Position numbers and translations under genes: made by a program | In this document: positions 37,384 to 46,117 of the stretch, one piece after another | How the letters are laid out: each line of letters begins with the position of its first letter | Position numbering within the stretch: position 1 is the first letter of the stretch | DNA from: Escherichia coli | Lineage (GTDB): Bacteria; Pseudomonadota; Gammaproteobacteria; Enterobacterales; Enterobacteriaceae | Direction: 5' to 3' (one strand) | Length of the DNA stretch: 64,000 nucleotides | NCBI RefSeq assembly: GCF_017348835.2 | Contig: NZ_CP071375.1 | The notes under the pieces: model-generated | Seen by the model: the letters and a program-made list of their open reading frames with translations, nothing else | What the model was told of the DNA's origin: nothing | Database searches by the model: none

Positions 37384-38664
37384 TCAGGGCAGAGCAACGT
37401 TCGATTCATTGGTTTTTAATGCTTTACCCCGACAGCCCTCGCCGAAATGTTCGCCTTCCCACCGACTCACCATCGCAGCGCCCATTGCGTTACTCATGAC
37501 GTTTGTCGCGGAACGCCCCATATCAAGGAACGGATCAACGCCCATCAGCAAGATCAGCCCCGCTTCCGGAATATTGAACTGGTTGAGCGTGGCGGCGATA
37601 ACCACCATTGAGGCGCGTGGTACGCCAGCCATTCCTTTCGAGGTCAACATCAGGATCAACAGCATGGTGATTTGCTCACCGATGGATAAATGGATATTGC
37701 AGGCCTGGGCGATGAAAACTGTGGCGAAGGAGCAGTAGGCCATTGATCCAACGAGATTAAATGAGTAGCCAATGGGTAAGACAAAGCTGGCAATTTTGGG
37801 GGAAACGCCAAATTGCTCCAGTTTTTCAAGCGTTCCCGGAAAAGCCGCTTCAGAACTGGATGTGGTAAATGCCAACAGGGCGGGTTCCGAAAGGGCGCGG
37901 GTCAGGCGTCTGATGCAGGGGCCGACATAAACGATGGCCAGACCGATAAGCAGCACCCAAAGTAATAACATGGTGAAATAAAATTCACCCATAAAGATCC
38001 CGGCGCTCACCATAACGGCCAGTCCTCGTTCAGCAATCAATGCTGAAATAGCGGCGAATACGGTCAGGGGAGCGAAGAGCATGACGTAGCCAGTGAGCTT
38101 TAACATGGCATGTGCCAGCGAATCTAAGGCGTGAACGATGGCGCTGCCTTTCTCGCCAATCGCCGTCAGGCTACAGCCGAGGAAAATTGAGAACACCACG
38201 ATTTGCAAAATTTCATTGTGCGCCATGGCATCGACAATGCTGGTGGGGAAAGCATGCGAAATAAATACTTTTAGCGTAAAGGGTTCTGCCGCGACCACTC
38301 CGGTGGTTTCGGCACCGTGTGCAACAAAATTAATTCCTGTACCTGGCATGAAGAAATTTACCGTTATCAAGCCTAAGGCAATTGACAGCAATGAGGCGCA
38401 AATAAATAAAAAGAGTGTTTTAGAAAAAATACGACCAAGGGCTTTAGCATCGCCCATTTTAGCAATACCTACCACCAGGGTAGAAACCACTAACGGAGCG
38501 ATAATCATTTTTATCAGTCGTAAGAAAATCGTCGTGAATATCGATATTTCTTGCGCATAGAGTTTTGCTGTTTCCGGTGAAGCAGTGTTATTGAGCACTA
38601 CGCCGATAATCATTCCAAGTACCAGCGCCAAAAGAATCATCGTGGTTAAACTTATTTTCTTCAT
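37384..38664 (-). CDS. Dicarboxylate/amino acid:cation symporter (DAACS; GltP/DctA-like)
   Basis: Track ORF 37384..38685 trimmed to the ATG at 38664 (MKKISLTTMILLALVLGMIIGVVLNN...), which follows a strong GGAGGA Shine-Dalgarno. Polytopic, with DAACS-like segments (SSSEAAFP, VPRASMVVIA, DMGRSATNV). Substrate unknown. Confidence 0.85.
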   Translation of the reverse strand: MKKISLTTMILLALVLGMIIGVVLNNTASPETAKLYAQEISIFTTIFLRLIKMIIAPLVVSTLVVGIAKMGDAKALGRIFSKTLFLFICASLLSIALGLITVNFFMPGTGINFVAHGAETTGVVAAEPFTLKVFISHAFPTSIVDAMAHNEILQIVVFSIFLGCSLTAIGEKGSAIVHALDSLAHAMLKLTGYVMLFAPLTVFAAISALIAERGLAVMVSAGIFMGEFYFTMLLLWVLLIGLAIVYVGPCIRRLTRALSEPALLAFTTSSSEAAFPGTLEKLEQFGVSPKIASFVLPIGYSFNLVGSMAYCSFATVFIAQACNIHLSIGEQITMLLILMLTSKGMAGVPRASMVVIAATLNQFNIPEAGLILLMGVDPFLDMGRSATNVMSNAMGAAMVSRWEGEHFGEGCRGKALKTNESNVALP

Positions 38665-38709
38665 TTTTTCCTCCATCAGGTGCACGGCGATAAATCAGAA
38701 TCAGGAGAA

Positions 38710-38741
38710 GTAGATGCCTGAATAGAGATTCAGGCATCTAC
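38710..38741. other. Perfect 14-bp stem-loop in the spacer between the DUF4387-like gene and the transporter gene
   Basis: GTAGATGCCTGAAT-agag-ATTCAGGCATCTAC. No clean T run on either side. Possible attenuator, RNA-stability or processing element. Confidence 0.6.
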
Positions 38742-38824
38742 CTGCTATTACAACCTTACAAATAGCTGAAGTGTTGAACTGCAATAAGTGACGGGATGTC
38801 AGTTGGCTAAAAGTGTTCGGATTT

Positions 38825-39142
38825 TTACAAATCGAAACTCATATTTAATAAAGGTGCGTGTTGCTGTGCACCATAGACATCATTGTCACCTACATTCCCG
38901 GAGATAATATCTCGTGGCATGACGATTTTTACTGCGTTAGAAGGATCAAACCAGACAATACGATGAATAAAGTCAGGTCCAACATGATATAAGCGCGCAA
39001 TCAGTTCTGGGGTTAATTGCCCTGATGATTTAACTCGCTCATAGTTTTCTTTGGTTTTAAATAAAATATCTAAAACCAGTTCGTAAGGTCCGGCATTTTT
39101 CGAACGAATGACTTGCGCCAGTGAGACAATTGACTGTTTCAT
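38825..39142 (-). CDS. Small conserved protein of unknown function (resembles DUF4387, the usual partner of AtuA-like proteins)
   Basis: 105-aa ORF MKQSIVSLAQVIRSKNAGPYELVLDILFKTKENYERVKSSG... Its ATG overlaps the stop of the upstream 456-aa ORF (ATGA). Family name is from memory and needs an HMM check. Confidence 0.7.
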   Translation of the reverse strand: MKQSIVSLAQVIRSKNAGPYELVLDILFKTKENYERVKSSGQLTPELIARLYHVGPDFIHRIVWFDPSNAVKIVMPRDIISGNVGDNDVYGAQQHAPLLNMSFDL

Positions 39143-40509
39143 GCCTGAACTCCTTCTGGCGTCACCTGTTCAATATGGAAATCAAAACGCAGAGCGTCGT
39201 TGGCTTCAATCAGGTGATATATGGAAAATTCGTATACCGGCCCGCCCTGGATATCAGAAGGGGAGAACGGGAACGCCAGATTGCCTGCGGTAGCGATGCG
39301 GTTTTCATAGCCGTAGTGCAGCATGGTAGAGCGCACCAGCGAGCAAACGCTATTGGCAATTTCCTGGGTCGGTGCAACTACATCAAGAACAATTCCCAGC
39401 TCATGCCCGGCAGTTTGCATCGGTTCATGGTCTCCCATCACCCCGTTTTTGCCGTACAGGTGGAAATTGATGCGAATGCTGTCATCGTCTAACGACAGGT
39501 TACGCGAAACGCTGGTTTTGACTTCATCGATGATTTTATCGATCCCGGCGATCATGATCGGGTCGCGCGTTCCGGCGATGGTCAGACAGCGGAAGCCCAC
39601 CCGTCGTGCACCTTCCAGTTTCAGGGCATACGGCGTTTCTTCATGCTTAGAACCGCTGACGTACACTTCGCCGTCATTGACCGCTTTAAATGTGCAGCCT
39701 TTCAGGTTCAACACGCCGCCAGGTCCTGGCAGGAAGTAGGGATCGGATTTCTCATACAGTGTGTGTGCAGCTGCTGACGTTTCGGTAAATTTACGCTTCG
39801 GATTAAATGTCTTCAGCGTAAAGCCGTTGTCATCAATGATGCCCATCGCACAGTCAGAGCCTGAGCCGGGCGTTGCAGCGATTGCCGCGCATTCAAGGAT
39901 TTTCCCACAATGCAGCGCCAGACCTTCATCAAAGCCTTGCATGATCGGGAGCGCTGCAAAGCAGGCCGGGTCGTAAGCGCGCCCGCCCAGCACCACTTGC
40001 GCGCCTTCTTTCAGCGCCCGCTGGAAGGGTTCGATGACCATTTGCGCAACGATATACGTACTTTCGTCAATCGCGTCGTGGGTTAACGGCGGGACAAAAT
40101 CCAGCGCCGTGATTTTGCCGTTATCCAGTGCCTGGTGGACGATGGCTTTGTCAACGTCTGCCGGGATCAACGCCATCGAGAACGAGAGGTGCTCTTCCTG
40201 GGCAATCTCATGAATTATTTCTCGGCACCACTCCAGGTGTGGTGCGGCACCAGAACCGCCGGCCGTTCCGATCACCACCGGTATATTATTTTGCACGCCT
40301 GCGGTGATCATATAGCGCAGATCGCGCTTGACTCCTGCGCGATCGGTAAATGGTTTGCCTGCCCCGAGGTAGTGGGGGCCTGGATCGGAAGAGCCTGCAT
40401 CAACGGCGATCAGATCGGGCGATTCTGCCATCGCTTTGCGGAAGCTCTCTTCCGGGAATCCATACCCGAGGATTGCCGTTGGCGATAAGACTTTAAAAGA
40501 ACGAGCCAT
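39139..40509 (-). CDS. Protein of unknown function, AtuA-like (DUF1446 family)
   Basis: 456-aa ORF MARSFKVLSPTAILGYGFPEESFRKAMAESPDLIAVDAGSSDPGPHYLG... It starts 3 nt after the methylaspartase stop. Soluble, with a glycine-rich VVIGTAGGSGAAP segment. Family name is from memory. Confidence 0.7.
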   Translation of the reverse strand: MARSFKVLSPTAILGYGFPEESFRKAMAESPDLIAVDAGSSDPGPHYLGAGKPFTDRAGVKRDLRYMITAGVQNNIPVVIGTAGGSGAAPHLEWCREIIHEIAQEEHLSFSMALIPADVDKAIVHQALDNGKITALDFVPPLTHDAIDESTYIVAQMVIEPFQRALKEGAQVVLGGRAYDPACFAALPIMQGFDEGLALHCGKILECAAIAATPGSGSDCAMGIIDDNGFTLKTFNPKRKFTETSAAAHTLYEKSDPYFLPGPGGVLNLKGCTFKAVNDGEVYVSGSKHEETPYALKLEGARRVGFRCLTIAGTRDPIMIAGIDKIIDEVKTSVSRNLSLDDDSIRINFHLYGKNGVMGDHEPMQTAGHELGIVLDVVAPTQEIANSVCSLVRSTMLHYGYENRIATAGNLAFPFSPSDIQGGPVYEFSIYHLIEANDALRFDFHIEQVTPEGVQA

Positions 40510-40512
40510 TTG

Positions 40513-41754
40513 TTAATCCTTAGCCTGCAACAGCGCGATAGTACGATTCATTTCGTTGAAGACGATATCGAGGCCTTCGTCAAAGCCCATCCCTGGCTTT
40601 ACCAGCATACGCATAGGGCGAGCGGCAAGGGCGACGTGGACACAGGTGCGGGCACTGACATCAGTTTCATTGCAGGTGCCGCCCTGGTACGCTTCCATGC
40701 TGTGGCTGTTGCAGTAAAGAACCGCATCGACGATGTTGTGAATACTGCCCAGATCTGGGGTTTTGATTTGTACCATGTGACAACTGGCGGCATCAGTGAA
40801 ATCAACAATATCCTGGTAGGTGTTACACCATTCATCGGCCACAATTTTCACGCCGGAACCGAGGCGCGTCAGCTCTTTGGTAATCGCGGTCAGCAGGCGA
40901 ATTTGATCGGGCTTGTTACCGGCATCGACCGGTCCTTCAATGTAGAGCGGCAGGCCTTGCGCTTCTTTTTCCAGGCTGGCGATGTATTGCGCACAGCGAA
41001 GCGGATCCATATCGAAGATCAGACCGATAGTGCCGTATACATCGATGTGCAGGGTAGGGTGGTAGCGTGCGCTGGTGCGCTTGCTTAGAATGCGATCCGA
41101 CAACCAGCGGACATATTCGCGCAGTTTTTCACCTTTAAAGCCCAGCTTCTCTTCGACGTTATTAATCAGCGCATGGGGCAGCACGTCGATGCCCTTAAGG
41201 ATCATCTTATCGACGGCGATATATCGATCGTCGCCGCTCTGACCAAATAATGGAATGGATTCCGCCACGCGTGGCAACTGCCATTCATCACAGACCACTT
41301 CAGTTTTCAAACGGCTGGTTGCCAGCGCGGTAGCATCAAGCAGCGCCTGTGATAATCCGTAGCGCACGGCGGTATGCAGCAAGTTGCCGTCAATACGCAA
41401 TTTGTCGAAGAAACGGGCATTCGGCAGGAAAGCATCCACATCGCGGCCTACCAGTAATGGCTTAATATGGTCGTTGAGGAACGGAATAAAGTGCTCTGCG
41501 AGGAACAGTGGATCGCGACCACCTGCCCCGGAATACTGTACGGCAGCACAGTCACCTACAGCGACCGCGCCGTTTTCCAGAATCAACTGTACCGATACGC
41601 ACTCCCCGGCCTGACGAACGGCGTTAAACCCCTGTGTTACCGGCTCCCCGGTATAAAAAAAGCCGTCATGACCCGCTCCGTTTTTTATCGCCTGCTGGTC
41701 ATCGAAATAGAATGAGGAATAGCCAGCGGTGAACAGGGCCTGTTTTATTTTCAT
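40513..41754 (-). CDS. mal: 3-methylaspartate ammonia-lyase (methylaspartase; enolase superfamily)
   Basis: 413-aa ORF collinear with remembered Clostridium tetanomorphum methylaspartase (FYFDDQ.AIK.GAGHDGF.YTG, DCAAVQYSGAGGRDPLFLA, VLPHALINNVEEKLG.KGEKL, ADEWCNT, HMVQIKTPDLG, GGTCNET, KPGMG.DEG). Same length. Confidence 0.93.
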   Translation of the reverse strand: MKIKQALFTAGYSSFYFDDQQAIKNGAGHDGFFYTGEPVTQGFNAVRQAGECVSVQLILENGAVAVGDCAAVQYSGAGGRDPLFLAEHFIPFLNDHIKPLLVGRDVDAFLPNARFFDKLRIDGNLLHTAVRYGLSQALLDATALATSRLKTEVVCDEWQLPRVAESIPLFGQSGDDRYIAVDKMILKGIDVLPHALINNVEEKLGFKGEKLREYVRWLSDRILSKRTSARYHPTLHIDVYGTIGLIFDMDPLRCAQYIASLEKEAQGLPLYIEGPVDAGNKPDQIRLLTAITKELTRLGSGVKIVADEWCNTYQDIVDFTDAASCHMVQIKTPDLGSIHNIVDAVLYCNSHSMEAYQGGTCNETDVSARTCVHVALAARPMRMLVKPGMGFDEGLDIVFNEMNRTIALLQAKD

Positions 41755-43199
41755 TATGGTCTTCCTATTAATTTACTGTGGGATACAGCATTGATGTCAT
41801 CTACAACCATCTGGAATGTCGGTTGGCGTCCTTCACAGCGTGCGCGTTCCGCAACGTAATCGTGGTGGAGGTCGAGAATATCTTTTGGCAATGGAACGGC
41901 TCCGGCTTCCAGTACGCGTATCGCGCCGGTGTTGTCACGGACCGGAAGAATTTTGCCCGCGTTGCAGGCGGCTGGCGCAAACGGCACATCCAGTACGCCC
42001 GCTTCAAATGCCAGCACCGTACCGCGCGCAATATCACCATTACCCAGTTCGAACACTTTATTCAGTACCGCGCGAACCTCGCTCTTAATCAGTTCAATTT
42101 CCAGTTCAACCGCAGGGCACGGCGGGAATTTCTGCTCATTGACCATGTTGAGCATCTGGCGGGAGGCTTTCAGCCCCTGAATGTTGGCAGCGGCAGTCGG
42201 GATACCCCAGGCTTCGTGCGGACTTTTGGTGATGACTTTAGTGGCACCAGACATCCCCGCGACGGCTGCGCCCCAGGAGATAATAGCGAACGCTTTCGAT
42301 TCGTCTTCCGGAAAGCCGCCCATCCACTGGTGAAACACGGTACTTAATTCATAGTCGGTATAGCCATAGCTCTGAAAGTATTCGTGTGCAAGTTCACGCA
42401 GAGACTGGATCGCCGCAACATCCTGCGTCAGGCTGCCGACCTGTCCATAACCAACGGTAATAGATTTCACACCCTGTTCCAGCGCCAGCAAGCCTTCGAT
42501 TATGGCGATAGAGTGCGAGATAAACGGCGGGATCAGCGTACCCGTTAGTGGGCCAAACGGTTCGCGGTTGATGCGGATCCCGTGTTCTTCATACATCCCC
42601 ATTAAACGATCACAGTACTGCCAGTCGCGGATCGATTTTTCCAGCGTTACGCGTTTGGCATACGGAATGTTGTAGGAAATGCCGCCGCCTTCATAACTGG
42701 TAAAGCCGCTGGCCATTGAGATTTCAGCCAGCAGACGCGCATCTGGCGTGCCGTGGCGGATCTGTAGCGGTTTTTGCAGGGTTTCGGTGAGGCGACGGCA
42801 AGCTGCGACACCATGGTTAACTACCGGTAAACCGTTCAGTTTAGAGGTTCCGGCTTCGATGGATTTTTTAATCCCTACAGCCGCTTCTTCGTACCGATTC
42901 AGACGGGTATATGCATCGATGGTGCTTGGCAGCAGATCGCACTCTTCTTGTAGTGTTTTCAGTAGTTCGATGTGTTCGTCCATCAGCGCCACACCTGCGC
43001 GCGGTTGGCTAAGGGTTTTACCTTCCTTGTCTGCTTTCAGCAGCGCAAGAGAGAAGCGTTTATGCTCAGGGATGGTTTGTTGGTATTTAACGCCATCTTC
43101 AAAGTTTTCAACATCCTTGCCGGTTTCCCAGGTTTTCAGTACCTGTTGCCGCTCGGTCATGAATTCGTCATGGGTTAATTTCTTATTTCGAAGTTCCAT
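41754..43199 (-). CDS. Glutamate mutase epsilon (E, catalytic) subunit (GlmE/MutE)
   Basis: 481-aa ORF MELRNKKLTHDEFMTERQQVLKTWETGKDV...SQPRAGVALMDEHIELLKTLQEE, which parallels remembered clostridial GlmE/MutE. Its stop overlaps the methylaspartase ATG by 1 nt. Confidence 0.9.
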   Translation of the reverse strand: MELRNKKLTHDEFMTERQQVLKTWETGKDVENFEDGVKYQQTIPEHKRFSLALLKADKEGKTLSQPRAGVALMDEHIELLKTLQEECDLLPSTIDAYTRLNRYEEAAVGIKKSIEAGTSKLNGLPVVNHGVAACRRLTETLQKPLQIRHGTPDARLLAEISMASGFTSYEGGGISYNIPYAKRVTLEKSIRDWQYCDRLMGMYEEHGIRINREPFGPLTGTLIPPFISHSIAIIEGLLALEQGVKSITVGYGQVGSLTQDVAAIQSLRELAHEYFQSYGYTDYELSTVFHQWMGGFPEDESKAFAIISWGAAVAGMSGATKVITKSPHEAWGIPTAAANIQGLKASRQMLNMVNEQKFPPCPAVELEIELIKSEVRAVLNKVFELGNGDIARGTVLAFEAGVLDVPFAPAACNAGKILPVRDNTGAIRVLEAGAVPLPKDILDLHHDYVAERARCEGRQPTFQMVVDDINAVSHSKLIGRP

Positions 43200-43217
43200 T
43201 GATTGCAGCCTTAATTG

Positions 43218-44606
43218 TTATAGGGTTAAGCATTGAATACTGGTGCGCGCGGCGGCCAGCGGATCGACTCTGGCGACGTTTGCCAGCAGTGGTAATAGCC
43301 CCGGGGAATCGCGGTAATATTCAAATTCGGTCGGTAAGAGAATGCGTTTACCGTCGTCGTTTAACTCGCGGTATTTCAACCAGTGATGCATATCGAACTG
43401 ACTGGCACGCGAGAGCCATCCGCCGGATCCGACGACTTTACGCACGGTTGTCAGGTCACGTCCCATCTGCAAATCGACATTGCCGACGCAGGTGCAGACC
43501 TCTTTTTTGGTGCCCGCATGTCTTTCGGTGGCATAACCCACACACAGTCCGGCCAGGACGGTATCGAAATATTTCTCTTCTGCATTTGCGGGTAAGTAGT
43601 CGGGATGAGCGACTAAATGACGGAGATAATGATAAAAAGCGTCCAGCTGTGCGGGTTGCTGAGCAAAATTCACATTGACTAACTCTTTCGCACTTTCACC
43701 AACCACCATTGCCGAGACGCGCATTCCCAGATCGCCTTCCACCGTCCGTTTCACGAAGGGTTCCGGTACGCCGTGTAAAACGGTGTCGGGCGAGAGCGTG
43801 TTGGCACAGGCGGAATAGACATCGGTGGTTGCGCCACCCATGTCGATCAGCATGAACTCTTTCCAGCTGTGATCGACGCTACTGATTGCCTTAACCAGTT
43901 CAAAGACTGTCCAAGGTGTCGGCATTGGTTCTTCGCCTGTTTTATCAACAATGACATCCAGCCCTTTCCCTTTAACGATGCGTTTAAGGAATATGTCGCA
44001 AATAGCCTGGCGTGCGGCTAAAGGGTTCGGATGGTCAAGATCGGGCAGAACATTGTCGACGATGGTCAGGTCTTTATGCCCGAGGATCTCCTGCACCTCG
44101 TCCTGAATATCCCGGTTTCCGGCATAAATAATGGCGCAGTCGAGTTTGGATTCTGCCAGCACACGGGCGTTATTCAGTCCGTAGCTTTCTTCTCCGCCGT
44201 CGGTGCCGCCGGTGAACAAGAGAATATCGGGCTGCGTTTCTTCCAGTGCCTGGATATCACGGCGGTTCAGCTTGTAGGCGTAATATTGCGCAATTTTAGC
44301 ACCCGCAGAGTGAGCGGTTACTTTCGCTGTTTCCAGGGTGATAGAAGGCACCAATCCCATTGCGGCAACCGCCAGCCCACCTTTGGCAGAGGAGGAATAC
44401 TTCAATGCAACCTCACCGCTGTTTAACAGGGGGAGGGCATTATCTACGTTTAACACCTGGTTCAGGCTGGAGAAAAACCCCTTCGCCAGATGATGGGTGG
44501 TGGTTGGGGTCAGTACGTGGTTAACCAACGTTAACGCGTCCCCCTCCCGGGTGAAGAGGGCTGCTTTGGTCCACGTCGATCCAATATCGACAGAGACGAT
44601 TTGCAT
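43218..44606 (-). CDS. Glutamate mutase L component (GlmL/MutL; ASKHA-type putative reactivase/chaperone)
   Basis: 462-aa [21 protein letters not shown]... (actin-like ATPase phosphate-1 motif DIGSTxTK). It lies between the S and E subunit genes as in the Clostridium mutS-mutL-mutE arrangement. Its ATG overlaps the S-subunit stop (TGATG). Confidence 0.85.
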   Translation of the reverse strand: MQIVSVDIGSTWTKAALFTREGDALTLVNHVLTPTTTHHLAKGFFSSLNQVLNVDNALPLLNSGEVALKYSSSAKGGLAVAAMGLVPSITLETAKVTAHSAGAKIAQYYAYKLNRRDIQALEETQPDILLFTGGTDGGEESYGLNNARVLAESKLDCAIIYAGNRDIQDEVQEILGHKDLTIVDNVLPDLDHPNPLAARQAICDIFLKRIVKGKGLDVIVDKTGEEPMPTPWTVFELVKAISSVDHSWKEFMLIDMGGATTDVYSACANTLSPDTVLHGVPEPFVKRTVEGDLGMRVSAMVVGESAKELVNVNFAQQPAQLDAFYHYLRHLVAHPDYLPANAEEKYFDTVLAGLCVGYATERHAGTKKEVCTCVGNVDLQMGRDLTTVRKVVGSGGWLSRASQFDMHHWLKYRELNDDGKRILLPTEFEYYRDSPGLLPLLANVARVDPLAAARTSIQCLTL

Positions 44607-45055
44607 CAGATTGCCTCTTCAAGAATGCGAGTATCAACGTCATGACGTTGGTTGATATCGTGGGCCATCAGCTGACAAACCTCTTCTAAGTCATGACTTG
44701 GGGCAAAGACGCGATCAAATCCCATCTCTTTGAACTTGTTTTCCACGTCAGCGAAGTCATGTTTTCCTACCACCAGGTTACCGCCCACATAGAGCAGGAT
44801 GTCCCCCAGTCCACGCTCGATGCAGCGTTCGCGCATGCCCAGACAGTCGATATCGCCATGCCCATAGATAGAGGAGACGACAATCGCGTCAGCGCCAGTT
44901 TCAATGGCAGCATCAATATATTCGTCCTGGCTGACCATTACGCCCAGATTAATGACTCTGAAGTCGTGGTTGCTAAAAACGCGGTCCAGAACTTTATTGC
45001 CTACTGCATGGCAGTCCGCGCCAATAACGCCAATCACAAGTGTTGCTTTCTTCAT
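44606..45055 (-). CDS. Glutamate mutase sigma (S, cobalamin-binding) subunit (GlmS/MutS of the methylaspartate pathway)
   Basis: Track ORF 44606..45118 trimmed to the ATG at 45055 ([24 protein letters not shown]...), with an AAGGA Shine-Dalgarno 7 nt upstream, giving 149 aa. It has the DxHxxG base-off/His-on B12 motif (DCHAVGNK) and parallels clostridial MutS. Confidence 0.9.
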   Translation of the reverse strand: MKKATLVIGVIGADCHAVGNKVLDRVFSNHDFRVINLGVMVSQDEYIDAAIETGADAIVVSSIYGHGDIDCLGMRERCIERGLGDILLYVGGNLVVGKHDFADVENKFKEMGFDRVFAPSHDLEEVCQLMAHDINQRHDVDTRILEEAI

Positions 45056-45504
45056 GGGTAATCCTTTGTAAGACAGAGAGTAAAATAAGTTACACACGTC
45101 GTATTTATGGCCGTTCATAACGGCACAGGTTTAATATCACAGGAGTGTCTTTATCTGACCGTAATGTTGCAATTGATCTATTTTCAAAATGTCTTTCGGG
45201 AAATGATTGTTTAAAGTGTGTTTTTAAATTTCCATGTTAATTCAGTGTGTTATGTCAACTAATGTCATGAATGTTAAATTTTTAAAATTAACTTGATTTG
45301 GTGTATTGAGATATTTGTGATCTACTTCTAATTTGCATTTTAGTGATATGGGTTTAGCCATAAGTAAATGCATTTCATAAAATTTAAGTCGAATTTCACT
45401 ACCATTCATTTCTGCTTAATGTAAAAGTAATGTTGAAAATAACAAATGGTTAATGATTAATGCGAATTATGACCTTCGTTAGCTCTTTTGATTTGCGTAA
45501 AAAA

Positions 45505-45528
45505 GAGAGATACATAGAGAGATACATG
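45505..45528. repeat. Tandem 12-bp direct repeat in the AT-rich spacer
   Basis: GAGAGATACATA GAGAGATACATG, two adjacent copies with 11 of 12 identical. Confidence 0.8.
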
Positions 45529-45613
45529 AAGGTGCTACCAGTATGAGTAATGTTATTTAAAGGTTTTATTACGTCTGGCAATAACGCAGGTCATTTTTCG
45601 CGACTGGGTGGGT

Positions 45614-46036
45614 TTAATCAGTATAATCCTCATACAATAGTTCAGGATTAACTGAACCGTTAACGGAGTTTTGATGTTGAAATTTAGAAATGGCGGAGTC
45701 AATCAATGAAGACAGTATTGAAAAAATAACTGTGTCAGAACTAATTTCAATTAATCCTTCTCGTTGCTGACCAAAAAAGATATTTATCTTGATTTCATTT
45801 GTACTACGGCAATCAATATGCAGTAATTTTTGATCGCTGAGATTTTCTGTTTCATAAATGTTTTTGGCGATAGTCGGATGTATTGATGCCAGACATCTGC
45901 TCAGATAAGCCAGATCCTTTAGGGAACACCCCGCTGAGTAGAGGATGTCAGAGAATTTTTGTGTGTCAACTGTTGGCTCTGAAGCGTATGTTGCATTGAC
46001 TGGAAGAGTATTGAAAGAGATCTGAGATGGTATCAT
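45614..46036 (-). CDS. Hypothetical acidic protein, 140 aa, AT-rich orphan
   Basis: ORF MIPSQISFNTLPVNATYASEPTVDTQKFSD...; no signal peptide or TM segment. About 17 D/E versus 9 K/R by my count. It lies 81 nt downstream of the 314-aa ORF on the same strand. The Shine-Dalgarno is weak and I recognise no family. Confidence 0.55.
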   Translation of the reverse strand: MIPSQISFNTLPVNATYASEPTVDTQKFSDILYSAGCSLKDLAYLSRCLASIHPTIAKNIYETENLSDQKLLHIDCRSTNEIKINIFFGQQREGLIEISSDTVIFSILSSLIDSAISKFQHQNSVNGSVNPELLYEDYTD

Positions 46037-46117
46037 TATTTAAATCTTTCCGTGAGTAATAAAAATTAATCCCCAGGCATTGTTTAGCAATATTTGCCAT
46101 AGGGGATATATAGAAAA

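Noticed and set aside
40510-43678. Plus-strand ORFs of 159-192 aa (40510..41088, 41778..42347, 42748..43236, 43199..43678) inside the accessory cluster
   Set aside because: Each is antisense to a confidently identified minus-strand gene (methylaspartase, GlmE, GlmL) and shows shadow-ORF composition.
45056-45613. Possible cobalamin riboswitch in the leader of the B12-dependent mutase operon
   Set aside because: I could not find a B12-box-like conserved core or the GC-rich multi-stem architecture. The region is almost uniformly AT-rich. It is left as a question for a covariance-model scan.
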